From Nitrospirota bacterium (GTDB taxonomy: Bacteria > Nitrospirota > Thermodesulfovibrionia > Thermodesulfovibrionales > Magnetobacteriaceae), in contig JADFXD010000006.1 of NCBI GenBank assembly GCA_015233725.1, positions 5,848-69,847 on the forward strand: DNA of 64,000 nucleotides. Direction: 5' to 3'. The notes under the pieces were generated by a model. It was given only the letters and a program-made list of their open reading frames with translations. It made no database searches and was not told the DNA's origin. The number at the start of each line of letters is the position of its first letter. Positions within the stretch are counted from its first letter, which is position 1. Both the position numbers and the translations under genes were made by a program. This document shows, in pieces, positions 9,619-18,036 of this stretch.

Positions 9619-10493
9619 GGGTAAAACCTTATGGCGACCTCCATGTTGTCCACCGGTGGTGTCGGCAAAGGGACCGACTTGTTCACCGCACTAAGGCAAG
9701 AGCGATCATAGAATGTATTGCCGGAGGACTTATCGAGTTTTATGTGTTCAACCTTACCGTCCTTTGTAATGGTAAAAAAGACGATTGCCTCCATGTCTTT
9801 TTTTGCGGAATCTGGAAATATCCATCGTTTCCTGATCAGACCTCCGATCAGGCCAATGTATTGAGCCAACATATCGTCGCTTTGAACCCCGTTGGCAACC
9901 CCGTTGGGTGATTCAAACATGGAGGGCTTGCCTTGCCGCTGTGTTGTGGCCTGAGAGTTGCCAGCGCTGTTGTCGGCCTTTAGGCTTATGGTGGAACGCA
10001 GCCTGGCCTGTTGCTGTAGCTTCTTTTTGGCCTTGAGGAGCGCTATACTCTCCTCGACAGTTACTTCGTCTTTGGCCTCGGTCTCTTTCTTGACCTCTGC
10101 GGTGGGTTTAGGCACCTCCTTTTTGGGGACTGGCACCTCCTTGGGGATTGGCACCTCCTTGGGGACGGGTTTAGTTACCTCCTTTTTGGGAACCGGTACC
10201 TCCTTGACCTCTTTCTTGACCTCTTTTTTAACCGGTGGTTCCTTCTTGGCTACAGGCTCTTGTGCCTCCGGCTCTTCTTCTTCCACTTGAGGTTTCCTTA
10301 CAGTGGCTGGCACCGGTGGGTGGGAGGTCTTGGCGCCGGTACTATCACCGACAGAGACCAGATTTACCTTATAAGCAGCGGGAATCAGCATCGGAGACTG
10401 CTTTTTTATCGTGTAGGTCAACAGCGCAAACATCACCGCATGTAGTATAAACGAAACGGCCGTGTTTGTTATGACAGAGGGCTGCCTGTTCAT
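9615..10493 (-). CDS. tolA: TolA/TonB-family energy transducer
   Basis: N-terminal SFILH TM motif, Lys/Glu/Pro-rich linker, C-terminal SSGNTFYDRS…AV domain; lies between tolR and tolB. Confidence 0.85.
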   Translation of the reverse strand: MNRQPSVITNTAVSFILHAVMFALLTYTIKKQSPMLIPAAYKVNLVSVGDSTGAKTSHPPVPATVRKPQVEEEEPEAQEPVAKKEPPVKKEVKKEVKEVPVPKKEVTKPVPKEVPIPKEVPVPKKEVPKPTAEVKKETEAKDEVTVEESIALLKAKKKLQQQARLRSTISLKADNSAGNSQATTQRQGKPSMFESPNGVANGVQSDDMLAQYIGLIGGLIRKRWIFPDSAKKDMEAIVFFTITKDGKVEHIKLDKSSGNTFYDRSCLSAVNKSVPLPTPPVDNMEVAIRFYP

Positions 10494-10891
10494 TTTGCCT
10501 CTTGTGCCGGTTCAGTGACCATGCCGAGTTTCTCGATCCCTGCGGCCTTTATCTCCGCCATTAGCTCGGCGACTTTCCCGTAGGAGACATTTTTATCTGC
10601 CTCAAGGTACACATCCGGGTTACGGGTGCTGATGGCCTTGAGTTTCTGTACCAGTTGTTGCATGGTGAACTTCTCTTTGTTGAGATAGATATCACCGGTC
10701 TTTTTTATGGTGATGGTGAACCTGTCCTGACTTGGCATAGACGTCCCCTTTGTCTGCGGTAGATCGACATCGAGGCCCTGTTTCATCATCGGTGCTGTTA
10801 CCATAAAGATCACCAACAACACCAGCATTACGTCTACCAGGGGGGTGACGTTGATGTCACCGAGCACGCCTCTATCTCTTTCTATCTTCAT
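10490..10891 (-). CDS. tolR: TolR
   Basis: INVTPLVDVMLVLLVIFMVTAP. Confidence 0.95.
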   Translation of the reverse strand: MKIERDRGVLGDINVTPLVDVMLVLLVIFMVTAPMMKQGLDVDLPQTKGTSMPSQDRFTITIKKTGDIYLNKEKFTMQQLVQKLKAISTRNPDVYLEADKNVSYGKVAELMAEIKAAGIEKLGMVTEPAQEAK

Positions 10892-11516
10892 CCATCATCC
10901 CACTAAAAAAGGCCAGCAGGTCCTCTGTAAAGTCTTCCATCTCTATAGTCATCCTACGTGCGGCGCTCAGGAAAAAGTTGTACCCCATAACGGCAGGTAT
11001 TGCCGCTGCAAGCCCCGCGGCTGTCGTAATGAGCGCCTCCGCTATGCCCGGGGCCACCACCGCCAGGGAGGCCGACCCCGCCGAGCCAATCCCTCTGAAT
11101 GCGTTCATTATACCCCATACCGTGCCAAACAGCCCTATAAACGGCGTTGTAGAGCCAGTTGTTGCCAAAAAGTTGAGATATCCCTCGAGCTTGGCGCTTT
11201 CAAGGGCACTGTACCTGCGCACTGCACGCCTTATGCCGTCTATTCCCTCGATGTCCCTGTCCTCATAGACGGACCTGTATATGTTGGCCAACGGACTGAG
11301 ACCGCAGGCCCTGGCCACCTTATTAAGCCCGGGGGCCTCCTTGCCAGAGCGGAAGTATCTCAGAAACGAGAGGGTTTCACCCCTGGCCTTAGAGAAATGC
11401 CTCCATTTAGCCAACATTATACCCCATGATACAACCGAAAAGAACAGCAGTGTCAACAAGACTAACTTTACGACCACCCCTGCCTGGAGTACTAAACCTA
11501 ACGCTGTTTGATCCAT
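10872..11516 (-). CDS. tolQ: TolQ
   Basis: FLATTGSTTPFIGLFGTVWGIM…VAPGIAEALITTAAGL. Confidence 0.95.
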   Translation of the reverse strand: MDQTALGLVLQAGVVVKLVLLTLLFFSVVSWGIMLAKWRHFSKARGETLSFLRYFRSGKEAPGLNKVARACGLSPLANIYRSVYEDRDIEGIDGIRRAVRRYSALESAKLEGYLNFLATTGSTTPFIGLFGTVWGIMNAFRGIGSAGSASLAVVAPGIAEALITTAAGLAAAIPAVMGYNFFLSAARRMTIEMEDFTEDLLAFFSGMMDEDRKR

Positions 11517-11572
11517 AATCGCTATACCTTCATATCTTTAAGAAGCTATTTTAGTACAACGTCACTTAAAAG

Positions 11573-12349
11573 TCAACCGTGGGTTTTTTCCGTGACGTAG
11601 GCTGTCAAAAAGGACTCAAGGCCGTCGACCTGTGGCATGTTGCCAAGTATACGGCCAATGTAGCCCCTCTCTAACAGCAGCCTGTGTGATGTTGCAAAGT
11701 TGAGATCGAATATCCATGACAACTGAAGTAACTTATAGTCATCCAACGTGGAAACGTCCTTGAGGAGTACCATCTGCCTGTTGTAAACGCTCCTCAGGAC
11801 GTCATTGTTACAGAGCCCGACCAGGGGCAGTCCGAGGGCAGCCGCCGAGGGGCGGTCGGCCTCATCGGTATCGAAGTACTCGATAAACACCCGCCAGATG
11901 TCAAGTTTATCGGCATCGCGGATGAGTTTCAGGTATTTCACAGTATCAGAATCCAGCCCTGGGGGAATCTTGTAGGCATTGTGGTATTTTATCGATTGTG
12001 TGAGGATGGCATATTCCTCCACATCCATCTCCGAGATCGGGCATTCCTTGATGAGGGTCTCCACGCCCAGGACGCCGTGGTTTACGGAGATGCTGTCTCT
12101 GAAGGTCTTGTACCGGGCATACTGGGGGAATCTGCCCACGTCATGCAGCAGGCCCACCGCCTCGGCAAGCACGATGCCCTCCTCACCCTCTATGTACTGC
12201 CGCGCTATCAGGGACATGTTCTCACAGACGCCGAAGGAATGCCTCTCCTTTAGCTTAATGTTCAACTGGTCCTCCTTTTCCGCGCTGTAGAATGACTCAC
12301 AAAACCCCTGAAACCAACCCCTCAATAAAACAAATTCCTCCCTCCTCAT
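11573..12349 (-). CDS. HD-domain phosphohydrolase
   Basis: H…LLHDVGRF…H…YHN…RDADKLD. Confidence 0.85.
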   Translation of the reverse strand: MRREEFVLLRGWFQGFCESFYSAEKEDQLNIKLKERHSFGVCENMSLIARQYIEGEEGIVLAEAVGLLHDVGRFPQYARYKTFRDSISVNHGVLGVETLIKECPISEMDVEEYAILTQSIKYHNAYKIPPGLDSDTVKYLKLIRDADKLDIWRVFIEYFDTDEADRPSAAALGLPLVGLCNNDVLRSVYNRQMVLLKDVSTLDDYKLLQLSWIFDLNFATSHRLLLERGYIGRILGNMPQVDGLESFLTAYVTEKTHG

Positions 12350-12361
12350 CTCACCCTCATA

Positions 12362-12427
12362 AAGAAGAAAGGGGCGGCTCCGCCCCCCTTCAGAACCCCC
12401 TGCAAGGGCACCAGTGCCCTTGACCCC
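12362..12427 (-). repeat. Repeat family A copy
   Basis: Reverse complement GGGGTCAAGGGCAC-TG-GTGCCCTTGCAGGGGGTTCTGAAGGGGGGCGGAGCCGCCCCTTTC. Confidence 0.9.
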
Positions 12428-12432
12428 TTCCT

Positions 12433-12459
12433 GCGATCGTCGGGAGCGGTACTGTCAAT
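12433..12459 (+). repeat. Repeat family B copy (GCGACCxxAGGGAGCGG type), abutting a family A copy
   Basis: GCGATCGTCGGGAGCGGTACTGTCAAT resembles the 27-bp units at 36068-36148. Confidence 0.55.
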
Positions 12460-12517
12460 TATTTCTTGTTCACTGCGCATACTTCATACACAATTCCTAA
12501 TTAATTCACAATTCCTT

Positions 12518-13033
12518 TTAATATTCTATTCCTTGTCGTGCGGTTATGCCTTTAGTGAAGTAGTGTTTTATTTCTTTGAATTCGGTAACGAGGTCTGCCA
12601 GTTCGATGAGCCTTTGGTGTGCTCCTCTGCCGGTGAGTATGAGTTCGACGTCTTGGGGTCGGTTTTGTATCAACGTCACGACATCCTGAAGTTCTAAGAG
12701 TCCCAGGGTCAGGGCGACGTTTATCTCATCGAGGATGACTACCTGGTAGTCAGTGGAAAGCACTGCCGCCTGGGCTTGATGGAGGCCCCTTTGGGCTGCT
12801 TCTATATCCTCTGCCATCGGAGCGCCCCTGACAAAGCCCTTGCCATACTGTTGGACATCTATTAGGCCGTCTAACCTCTGCAGACAATGAAGCTCACCGC
12901 TGTAGAGGCTCTTTATGAACTGGGCAAAGAACACCCTCATGCCACACCCTGCGGCCCTGACTGCCAACCCCACCGCCGCGGTGGTCTTGCCCTTACCGTT
13001 GCCGGTGTATACCTGTACGTAGCCGTTAAACAA
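12518..13033 (-). CDS. cobO: Cob(I)yrinic acid a,c-diamide adenosyltransferase (CobO/BtuR)
   Basis: VQVYTGNGKGKTTAAVGLAVRA; ILDEI; LILTGR; ADLVTE. Confidence 0.93.
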   Translation of the reverse strand: MFNGYVQVYTGNGKGKTTAAVGLAVRAAGCGMRVFFAQFIKSLYSGELHCLQRLDGLIDVQQYGKGFVRGAPMAEDIEAAQRGLHQAQAAVLSTDYQVVILDEINVALTLGLLELQDVVTLIQNRPQDVELILTGRGAHQRLIELADLVTEFKEIKHYFTKGITARQGIEY

Positions 13034-13053
13034 TTAACATCCTCGATAATCCC

Positions 13054-13461
13054 TCAATTGATTAACGGGATAATCGTAAATATCAAAAATAAGAGATAGA
13101 GGATACCTAGTACCACAGATGCCCTCAGTCTCCCAGCCTTTGGCTGCTCGGTCTTGTCGATAAACGGGATCATAATCAGCGCCGCCACAAAGGTCAGGGG
13201 TAAGACCACCGTCCCTATAAATGCGGTTCTGCCAGGAAAGTATTTCAACAACTCAAAGAGCCACAAGAAGTACCACTCCGGCTTGGGCTGAAACGGCGTT
13301 GACAGCACAATGCGTCTGCCCATCTCCTGAGGCATCGTCAAGGCTGTCACCGTCAACACCGCCATCAGGCATACCACGACACAGAGTATCTCAAACAGGG
13401 AATCAGGATAAAACCCCTTATTGCTGGTGCAGTCGCACCTCTTATCGTCGTCATCGTTCAT
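13054..13461 (-). CDS. Cytochrome b C-terminal / b6 subunit IV (PetD/QcrC-like)
   Basis: FYP, PKPEWYFLWLFELLK and PFIDK motifs; 3 TM helices; start moved to ATG 13461 because the longer ORF runs through a poly-A/G tract. Confidence 0.8.
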   Translation of the reverse strand: MNDDDDKRCDCTSNKGFYPDSLFEILCVVVCLMAVLTVTALTMPQEMGRRIVLSTPFQPKPEWYFLWLFELLKYFPGRTAFIGTVVLPLTFVAALIMIPFIDKTEQPKAGRLRASVVLGILYLLFLIFTIIPLIN

Positions 13462-13664
13462 TGCCTTGTACACAATAGTATCATAATCGTGTATAAAAAA
13501 AAAGGGGGGGGCGGCTCTTGGTAGCACCACAATCAACCGTGGTTGCCAGGATTTAAGCCACTTTTATACCTTCATAATATGGCGTTGTTACTATGCGGCA
13601 GCAATGTGACCACGTTTGAATGCAGTGGTACCGAGTTAACTCAATATGCAATTAAATTTTTAAT

Positions 13665-13737
13665 AGGGTCAAGGGCACTGGTGCCCTTGCAGAGGAGGTC
13701 TGAGGAGGGGGCAGCCAGGCGTCCCTCCTTCTTTCCC
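13665..13737 (+). repeat. Repeat family A copy
   Basis: AGGGTCAAGGGCAC-TG-GTGCCCTTGCAGAGGAGGTCTGAGGAGGGGG…CCCTCCTTC. Confidence 0.9.
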
Positions 13738-13751
13738 TTACCGTTAAAATA

Positions 13752-13784
13752 ATACTTGACAATATTAGTAGGGTATTCTATAAT
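13752..13784 (+). promoter_or_regulatory. Sigma70 promoter (TTGACA-17-TATAAT) overlapped by an IscR type-1-like operator
   Basis: ATACTTGACAATATTAGTAGGGTAT (13752-13776) resembles the IscR type-1 consensus ATASYYGACTRwwwYAGTCRRSTAT; -35 at 13756, -10 at 13779. Confidence 0.8.
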
Positions 13785-13790
13785 TAAACC

Positions 13791-14279
13791 ATGTTGCGAT
13801 TATCGACAAAGTGCCAATACGGCGTGCGCGCTATGTATGAGATAGCAAAGGGCTATCCCGACACCCCTATCACCATCAGGGAGATAGCGCAGAGGCAGGA
13901 CGTCTCTGTCCCGTACCTAGAGCAGATACTGGGGAGACTGAGACGAACCGGCCTGATAAGGAGCGTCAAGGGCCCCGGCGGAGGGTATCTGCTGGCCTCA
14001 AGCCCTGAGAGGGTAAGCATCGGCGCCATTGTGTCTGACCTCGAGGGGCCGGTGGCGATCACGTCGTGCCTGGACCCCGAGGAGGGGTGCGTCAAGATTG
14101 ACGGCTGCGTCGTCCATATGCTGTGGAAGGCGCTGGGCAGACAGATTGAGGACTTCCTCAACACCATCACGCTGGTTGACCTCCTTGAGGGCAGCCAGTT
14201 TGAGACACAGATGCTTATGGCCGGGCCGACGGCGCACACGTTGCCAACAAGCTTGATCGACGAGACCGCTATCGTATGA
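13791..14279 (+). CDS. iscR: Rrf2-family Fe-S cluster regulator (IscR-like)
   Basis: YLEQIL…SVKGPGGGY; C-x6-C-x5-C-x2-H cluster ligands; upstream of iscS/iscU. Confidence 0.85.
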   Translation: MLRLSTKCQYGVRAMYEIAKGYPDTPITIREIAQRQDVSVPYLEQILGRLRRTGLIRSVKGPGGGYLLASSPERVSIGAIVSDLEGPVAITSCLDPEEGCVKIDGCVVHMLWKALGRQIEDFLNTITLVDLLEGSQFETQMLMAGPTAHTLPTSLIDETAIV

Positions 14280-14542
14280 ACCTTAAGTTTGTTGAAAACG
14301 TAAAGGCTGACATTACCTCAGACATAGTCTATATGATGTGTCCGATGCACCTGTTGAAGCTGGAGGAACACATGGGCGAGTTGGATGAGGGGCAGATTTT
14401 GGAGCTCATGACCGACTATGATGGGGCACTGGAAGACATCCCGGCCTGGTGTGACAATACCGGTAACGAGTTTATGGGCATAGATGAGGTTGATGATTAT
14501 TACAAGATATATATAAGAAAGGCACGTAAAGCCGTGAGTTAA
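14276..14542 (+). CDS. TusA/SirA-family sulfur carrier
   Basis: CPM motif; GQILELMTD…DIPAWC…GNE. Confidence 0.85.
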   Translation: MNLKFVENVKADITSDIVYMMCPMHLLKLEEHMGELDEGQILELMTDYDGALEDIPAWCDNTGNEFMGIDEVDDYYKIYIRKARKAVS

Positions 14543-14559
14543 CACGTGGAGGTTTTGTT

Positions 14560-15744
14560 ATGAGATATTTCGATCATGTGGCAACCAACCCACTGTTGCC
14601 GGAGGTACTGGATGCGATGATGCCGTATTTCAAGGAGCAGTTTGGCAATCCGTTGAGTCCATACGACCTTGGAATAGCCGCAAAGACGGCCATCGAGGAT
14701 GCCAGGGCGCAGGTGGCCGCCCTCGTAAACGCAAAGGCTGGCGAGATCGTCTTTACGTCCAGCGGCGCGGAGGCAAACAACTTTGCCCTAAAGGGTATAG
14801 CGCTGGCAAAGCAGCAATCCGGCAACCATATAATAACGTCAAAGGCCGAACACCACTCCATCATGAACACGGCACGGTCGCTGGAAAAGCTCGGCTTTGT
14901 CGTGACCTACATCCCCGTGGATAAATACGGCCTCGTAGACCCCAAAGACGTAGAAAAGGCTATAATAAAGGACACAACCGTTATCTCCATCATACACGCC
15001 TCAAGCGAGGTGGGCACAATAGAGCCGATCAAGGAGATAGCCGCATTGGCCAAGGCTCACAATGTGACGCTTCACGTTGACAGCGTTGCCGCCGTGGGTG
15101 CTATACCCGTTGACGTGGCGGCTCTTGGGGTTGATCTCATGAGCATGACGGCGCATCAGTTCTATGGCCCCAAGGGGGCCGGGGCGCTTTACATAAGGGG
15201 TGGACAGCGAATACTGCCTCTGATCTACGGTGGAATCCAGGAAAACGGTCGGCGCGCCGGAACGGAGAACGTCCCTGCCATCGTGGGCATGGGCAAGGCG
15301 GCAGCTCTTGCCAAGCGTGACCTCGCCATTCGCACACAACACGTCACGAGGCTCAGAGACAGGCTCATCGATGTCATCGGCAAGGTGGAGAGCGTTCATC
15401 TGACGGGTCATCCACACAACAGGCTGCCCGGGCACGCGAGCTTTGTCGTTGAGTACATAGAGGGCGAGGGGATGCTCCTTATGCTTCAGGCTAAGGATAT
15501 AGTTGCGGCAAGTGGTTCGGCCTGCACGTCCAAGGCGTTGAAGGCCTCGCCGGTGTTGATCTCTATGGGGATACCATCAAGCATGGCTCACGGGTCGCTC
15601 GTCTTTTCGATGGGCATTGGCAATACGGAAGAAGACGTTGAGGCAATAAACGAGGAACTCCCTAAGATCATAAGGAGACTGAGAGAGATATCACCCTTTG
15701 GAAAAAGCGGGTGGGGAAAATCAGAGCCGGAGGCTACACACTAG
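14560..15744 (+). CDS. iscS: Cysteine desulfurase (IscS/NifS family)
   Basis: GGIQENGRRAGTENV; ASGSACTS catalytic Cys; the PLP-binding SxHK motif reads TAHQFYGPKG here. Confidence 0.9.
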   Translation: MRYFDHVATNPLLPEVLDAMMPYFKEQFGNPLSPYDLGIAAKTAIEDARAQVAALVNAKAGEIVFTSSGAEANNFALKGIALAKQQSGNHIITSKAEHHSIMNTARSLEKLGFVVTYIPVDKYGLVDPKDVEKAIIKDTTVISIIHASSEVGTIEPIKEIAALAKAHNVTLHVDSVAAVGAIPVDVAALGVDLMSMTAHQFYGPKGAGALYIRGGQRILPLIYGGIQENGRRAGTENVPAIVGMGKAAALAKRDLAIRTQHVTRLRDRLIDVIGKVESVHLTGHPHNRLPGHASFVVEYIEGEGMLLMLQAKDIVAASGSACTSKALKASPVLISMGIPSSMAHGSLVFSMGIGNTEEDVEAINEELPKIIRRLREISPFGKSGWGKSEPEATH

Positions 15745-15813
15745 AGAAAGAAAGGGGGCGCCTGGCCGCCCCCCCCTTAAACCCCCTGCAAGGGCACCAG
15801 TGCCCTTGACCCC
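15745..15813 (-). repeat. Repeat family A copy
   Basis: Reverse complement GGGGTCAAGGGCACTGGTGCCCTTGCAGGGGGTTTAAGGGGG…. Confidence 0.9.
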
Positions 15814-15912
15814 TTCTTACTAGGGGTTGAAGCTTGAGTTTATGGTGGATAGGGATTTTGTGAGAATAAAAAAACTTTGCAAAAAAATCAAGAGATTCAG
15901 TGGAGGTGAATT

Positions 15913-16299
15913 ATGTATAGCAAGAAGTTAATGGATCACTTTACGAATCCGCGCAATGTTGGTGAGATACCGGATGCCGATGGTGTCGGTATGGAGGGCA
16001 ATCCCACGTGTGGGGATACCATGAAGTTGTTTATAAAGGTTCACGATGACAGGATTGTGGATGCCAAGTTTCAGACGTTTGGTTGTGGAGCGGCCATAGC
16101 GGTATCCAGTATGATAACGGAGATGGCCAAGGGCAAGACGCTGTCGGAGGCGCTGACTATCACGAAGGAGTCTGTGGCCGATGCGCTGGATGGTCTACCC
16201 CCGCAGAAGATGCACTGCTCAAACCTCGGCGCTGATGCCCTCAGAAAGGCCATCGAGGATTACAGGGGCAGGCTTGCGGGCGCCCCTGCAGCAGGTTAA
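15913..16299 (+). CDS. iscU: Fe-S scaffold IscU/NifU N-terminal
   Basis: MYSKKLMDHFTNPRNVG; NPTCGD, FGCGAAIA and KMHCS. Confidence 0.95.
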   Translation: MYSKKLMDHFTNPRNVGEIPDADGVGMEGNPTCGDTMKLFIKVHDDRIVDAKFQTFGCGAAIAVSSMITEMAKGKTLSEALTITKESVADALDGLPPQKMHCSNLGADALRKAIEDYRGRLAGAPAAG

Positions 16300-16338
16300 A
16301 GAGGGAAGGAGGGGGGTGGCTCCGCTCTCCCTTTTCTC

Positions 16339-16490
16339 CTACCGCGGAGTAGCGTCGGGCAAACCGCCATTAAACGGGATGGTGGCGCCTGTGGTTGGTG
16401 TCTGCCGCGTAACCTCATCCAGTTGGGGCCAATCTCCTTCCACAGAGCCGGATTTGCGACCGCCATCAGAAAAGACTGCATCCGGGGCTA
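16339..16490 (-). pseudogene. Remnant of the 3' end of a bifunctional aldolase/short-chain dehydrogenase gene (copy 1)
   Basis: Frameshifted pieces PDAVFSDGGRKSG / LWKEIGPNWMR / TRQTPTTGATIPFNGGLPDATPR*. Confidence 0.65.
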
Positions 16491-16653
16491 ACCGCAGCAC
16501 CATCCACCGCCTCACCCGGCAGGTTGATAACGACCACATGAGCGCACTATTCGGGGACGGATTAGGACTGCTTAGACGTGTTACCTTTGATTCCTAACAA
16601 TTTTTTTCAGGGTAGCCTTTATCTCTTCGCTTACATCAGGATAATTCGTGTAT
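16339..16653. repeat. Left copy of the long imperfect direct repeat bounding the AT-rich island
   Basis: Aligns with 22695-23036; the last 77 bp (16577-16653 vs 22960-23036) have one mismatch. Confidence 0.92.
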
Positions 16654-18035
16654 CCAAGGGCATACGCTTTTAGTGCTAAGTCAAAGAATTTAATATCACC
16701 TTTCCCTGTCAGATAATCTTTATAAACGTTTAATATCCCTGAGAGAGGGGATTCTTTTAGGGTTTCCCAGTCCAAAAATGATATGTCACGGAGTCCAGCT
16801 TTATCATGAAACACCAGAATATCTACAGCCAACTTTGCGATATCTATTGCGATAGGGGCATAATCCGATCTTGCAAAATCTATTAGCGCAGGTATATTGT
16901 CCTTAATCAATATATTTCGTAAGTGTAAATCACCATGGATCAGTGCGCCTGATAACTCAAATGTATTAGCCAACGAGTTACTGTCAATTAAATCTGCCCT
17001 GCTTTCATCAAAACCTGCCCATTTTATTAATTCCTCACGAGGGATGAAAGTATCTCTCTTTGGCTTTTTGTACAGAGAGACAATTGTTTCTATGTGATTA
17101 GTGAATTTATCTAACCCTTCATCGTTTATGAAGTCCAAAGCTGTTTTTGCGTTTTCTTCAAATACATATGCTATATATCCAATACCCTTCCAGGCTACAA
17201 CATTATGATGCAACAGAGGAACCTGAAGGCTACGATTAATCCCTATTTGAAGCATTCGTTTATGGGCTTGGATTTCTTCTACGAGTTTACCTATATTACT
17301 ACTCCATTTCATAAGCCAATACGAAAATATCGGTACCCTATTATCCTCACCAGAGGCCACAACTATAGAAACATTAATACCTGAAAAACCACCTTTAATT
17401 TCGTTTATCGCTAAGGATGATCCACCCAATCCCAATAATACAACACCTTCTTTAAATCGCTCGTCCTCAAATTCATTTACTATATTTCTTGTGTGATCAC
17501 TCAACTTCAACTTGATTTTGCTAACTTTATTCAGTAAGTTATTTATTTCTACTGTAGACCTGCCTGTCATTGCTGCAACCCTCTTGATTGATAAATCTCT
17601 CAATATCCCATTCCATTTTTCGCTGTTGAAATCAGAGCCTATTTCGCCTTTTTGATCAAGAATAATGCTCTTGGGATAAAGACCATCAAAGTCAGATACG
17701 CTTAAATCGCTAATTATAGTATCATCACCTGTGATGTACCTACTTACACATGCAGCTGGTATCCAAGGAGCTATTTCCCTTATCGTTGGTAGTACAATAT
17801 TTAGTCCATATGTGTCATTACGATTTTTATTAATACCAGAGCCAAGTTCTAAATCGACAAGACAATAACTTACATTATCAAAAAAATCTTTGTTTTTGTG
17901 ACTATCTTGGATTTCTTTTAACCCGACCATTTCAATGTCTCGTTTTTCATATAACTGAGAAACAAGAATATTCTTAAAACTATCAAACCAAGAAATCTGG
18001 TCTTCTATAACAAGAATTCTTTCTTTGCCTCTCAT
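16581..18035 (-). CDS. Receiver (REC) domain fused to an APH/protein-kinase-like domain (TCAD9-like)
   Basis: ILVIED…LVDLEL…YPK receiver motifs; GGFSG loop, LMKW, HGDLHLRNILI and LIDFA kinase motifs; ATG 18035 preceded by GGAGGA, 1 nt after the upstream stop. Confidence 0.8.
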   Translation of the reverse strand: MRGKERILVIEDQISWFDSFKNILVSQLYEKRDIEMVGLKEIQDSHKNKDFFDNVSYCLVDLELGSGINKNRNDTYGLNIVLPTIREIAPWIPAACVSRYITGDDTIISDLSVSDFDGLYPKSIILDQKGEIGSDFNSEKWNGILRDLSIKRVAAMTGRSTVEINNLLNKVSKIKLKLSDHTRNIVNEFEDERFKEGVVLLGLGGSSLAINEIKGGFSGINVSIVVASGEDNRVPIFSYWLMKWSSNIGKLVEEIQAHKRMLQIGINRSLQVPLLHHNVVAWKGIGYIAYVFEENAKTALDFINDEGLDKFTNHIETIVSLYKKPKRDTFIPREELIKWAGFDESRADLIDSNSLANTFELSGALIHGDLHLRNILIKDNIPALIDFARSDYAPIAIDIAKLAVDILVFHDKAGLRDISFLDWETLKESPLSGILNVYKDYLTGKGDIKFFDLALKAYALGYTNYPDVSEEIKATLKKIVRNQR

Positions 18036-18036
18036 G

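Noticed and set aside
16181-16597. ORFs 16181-16597, 16296-16481, 16339-16539, 22525-22725, 22571-22957 and 22704-22922
   Set aside because: They are read-throughs of family A repeats and SDR pseudogene fragments, not independent genes
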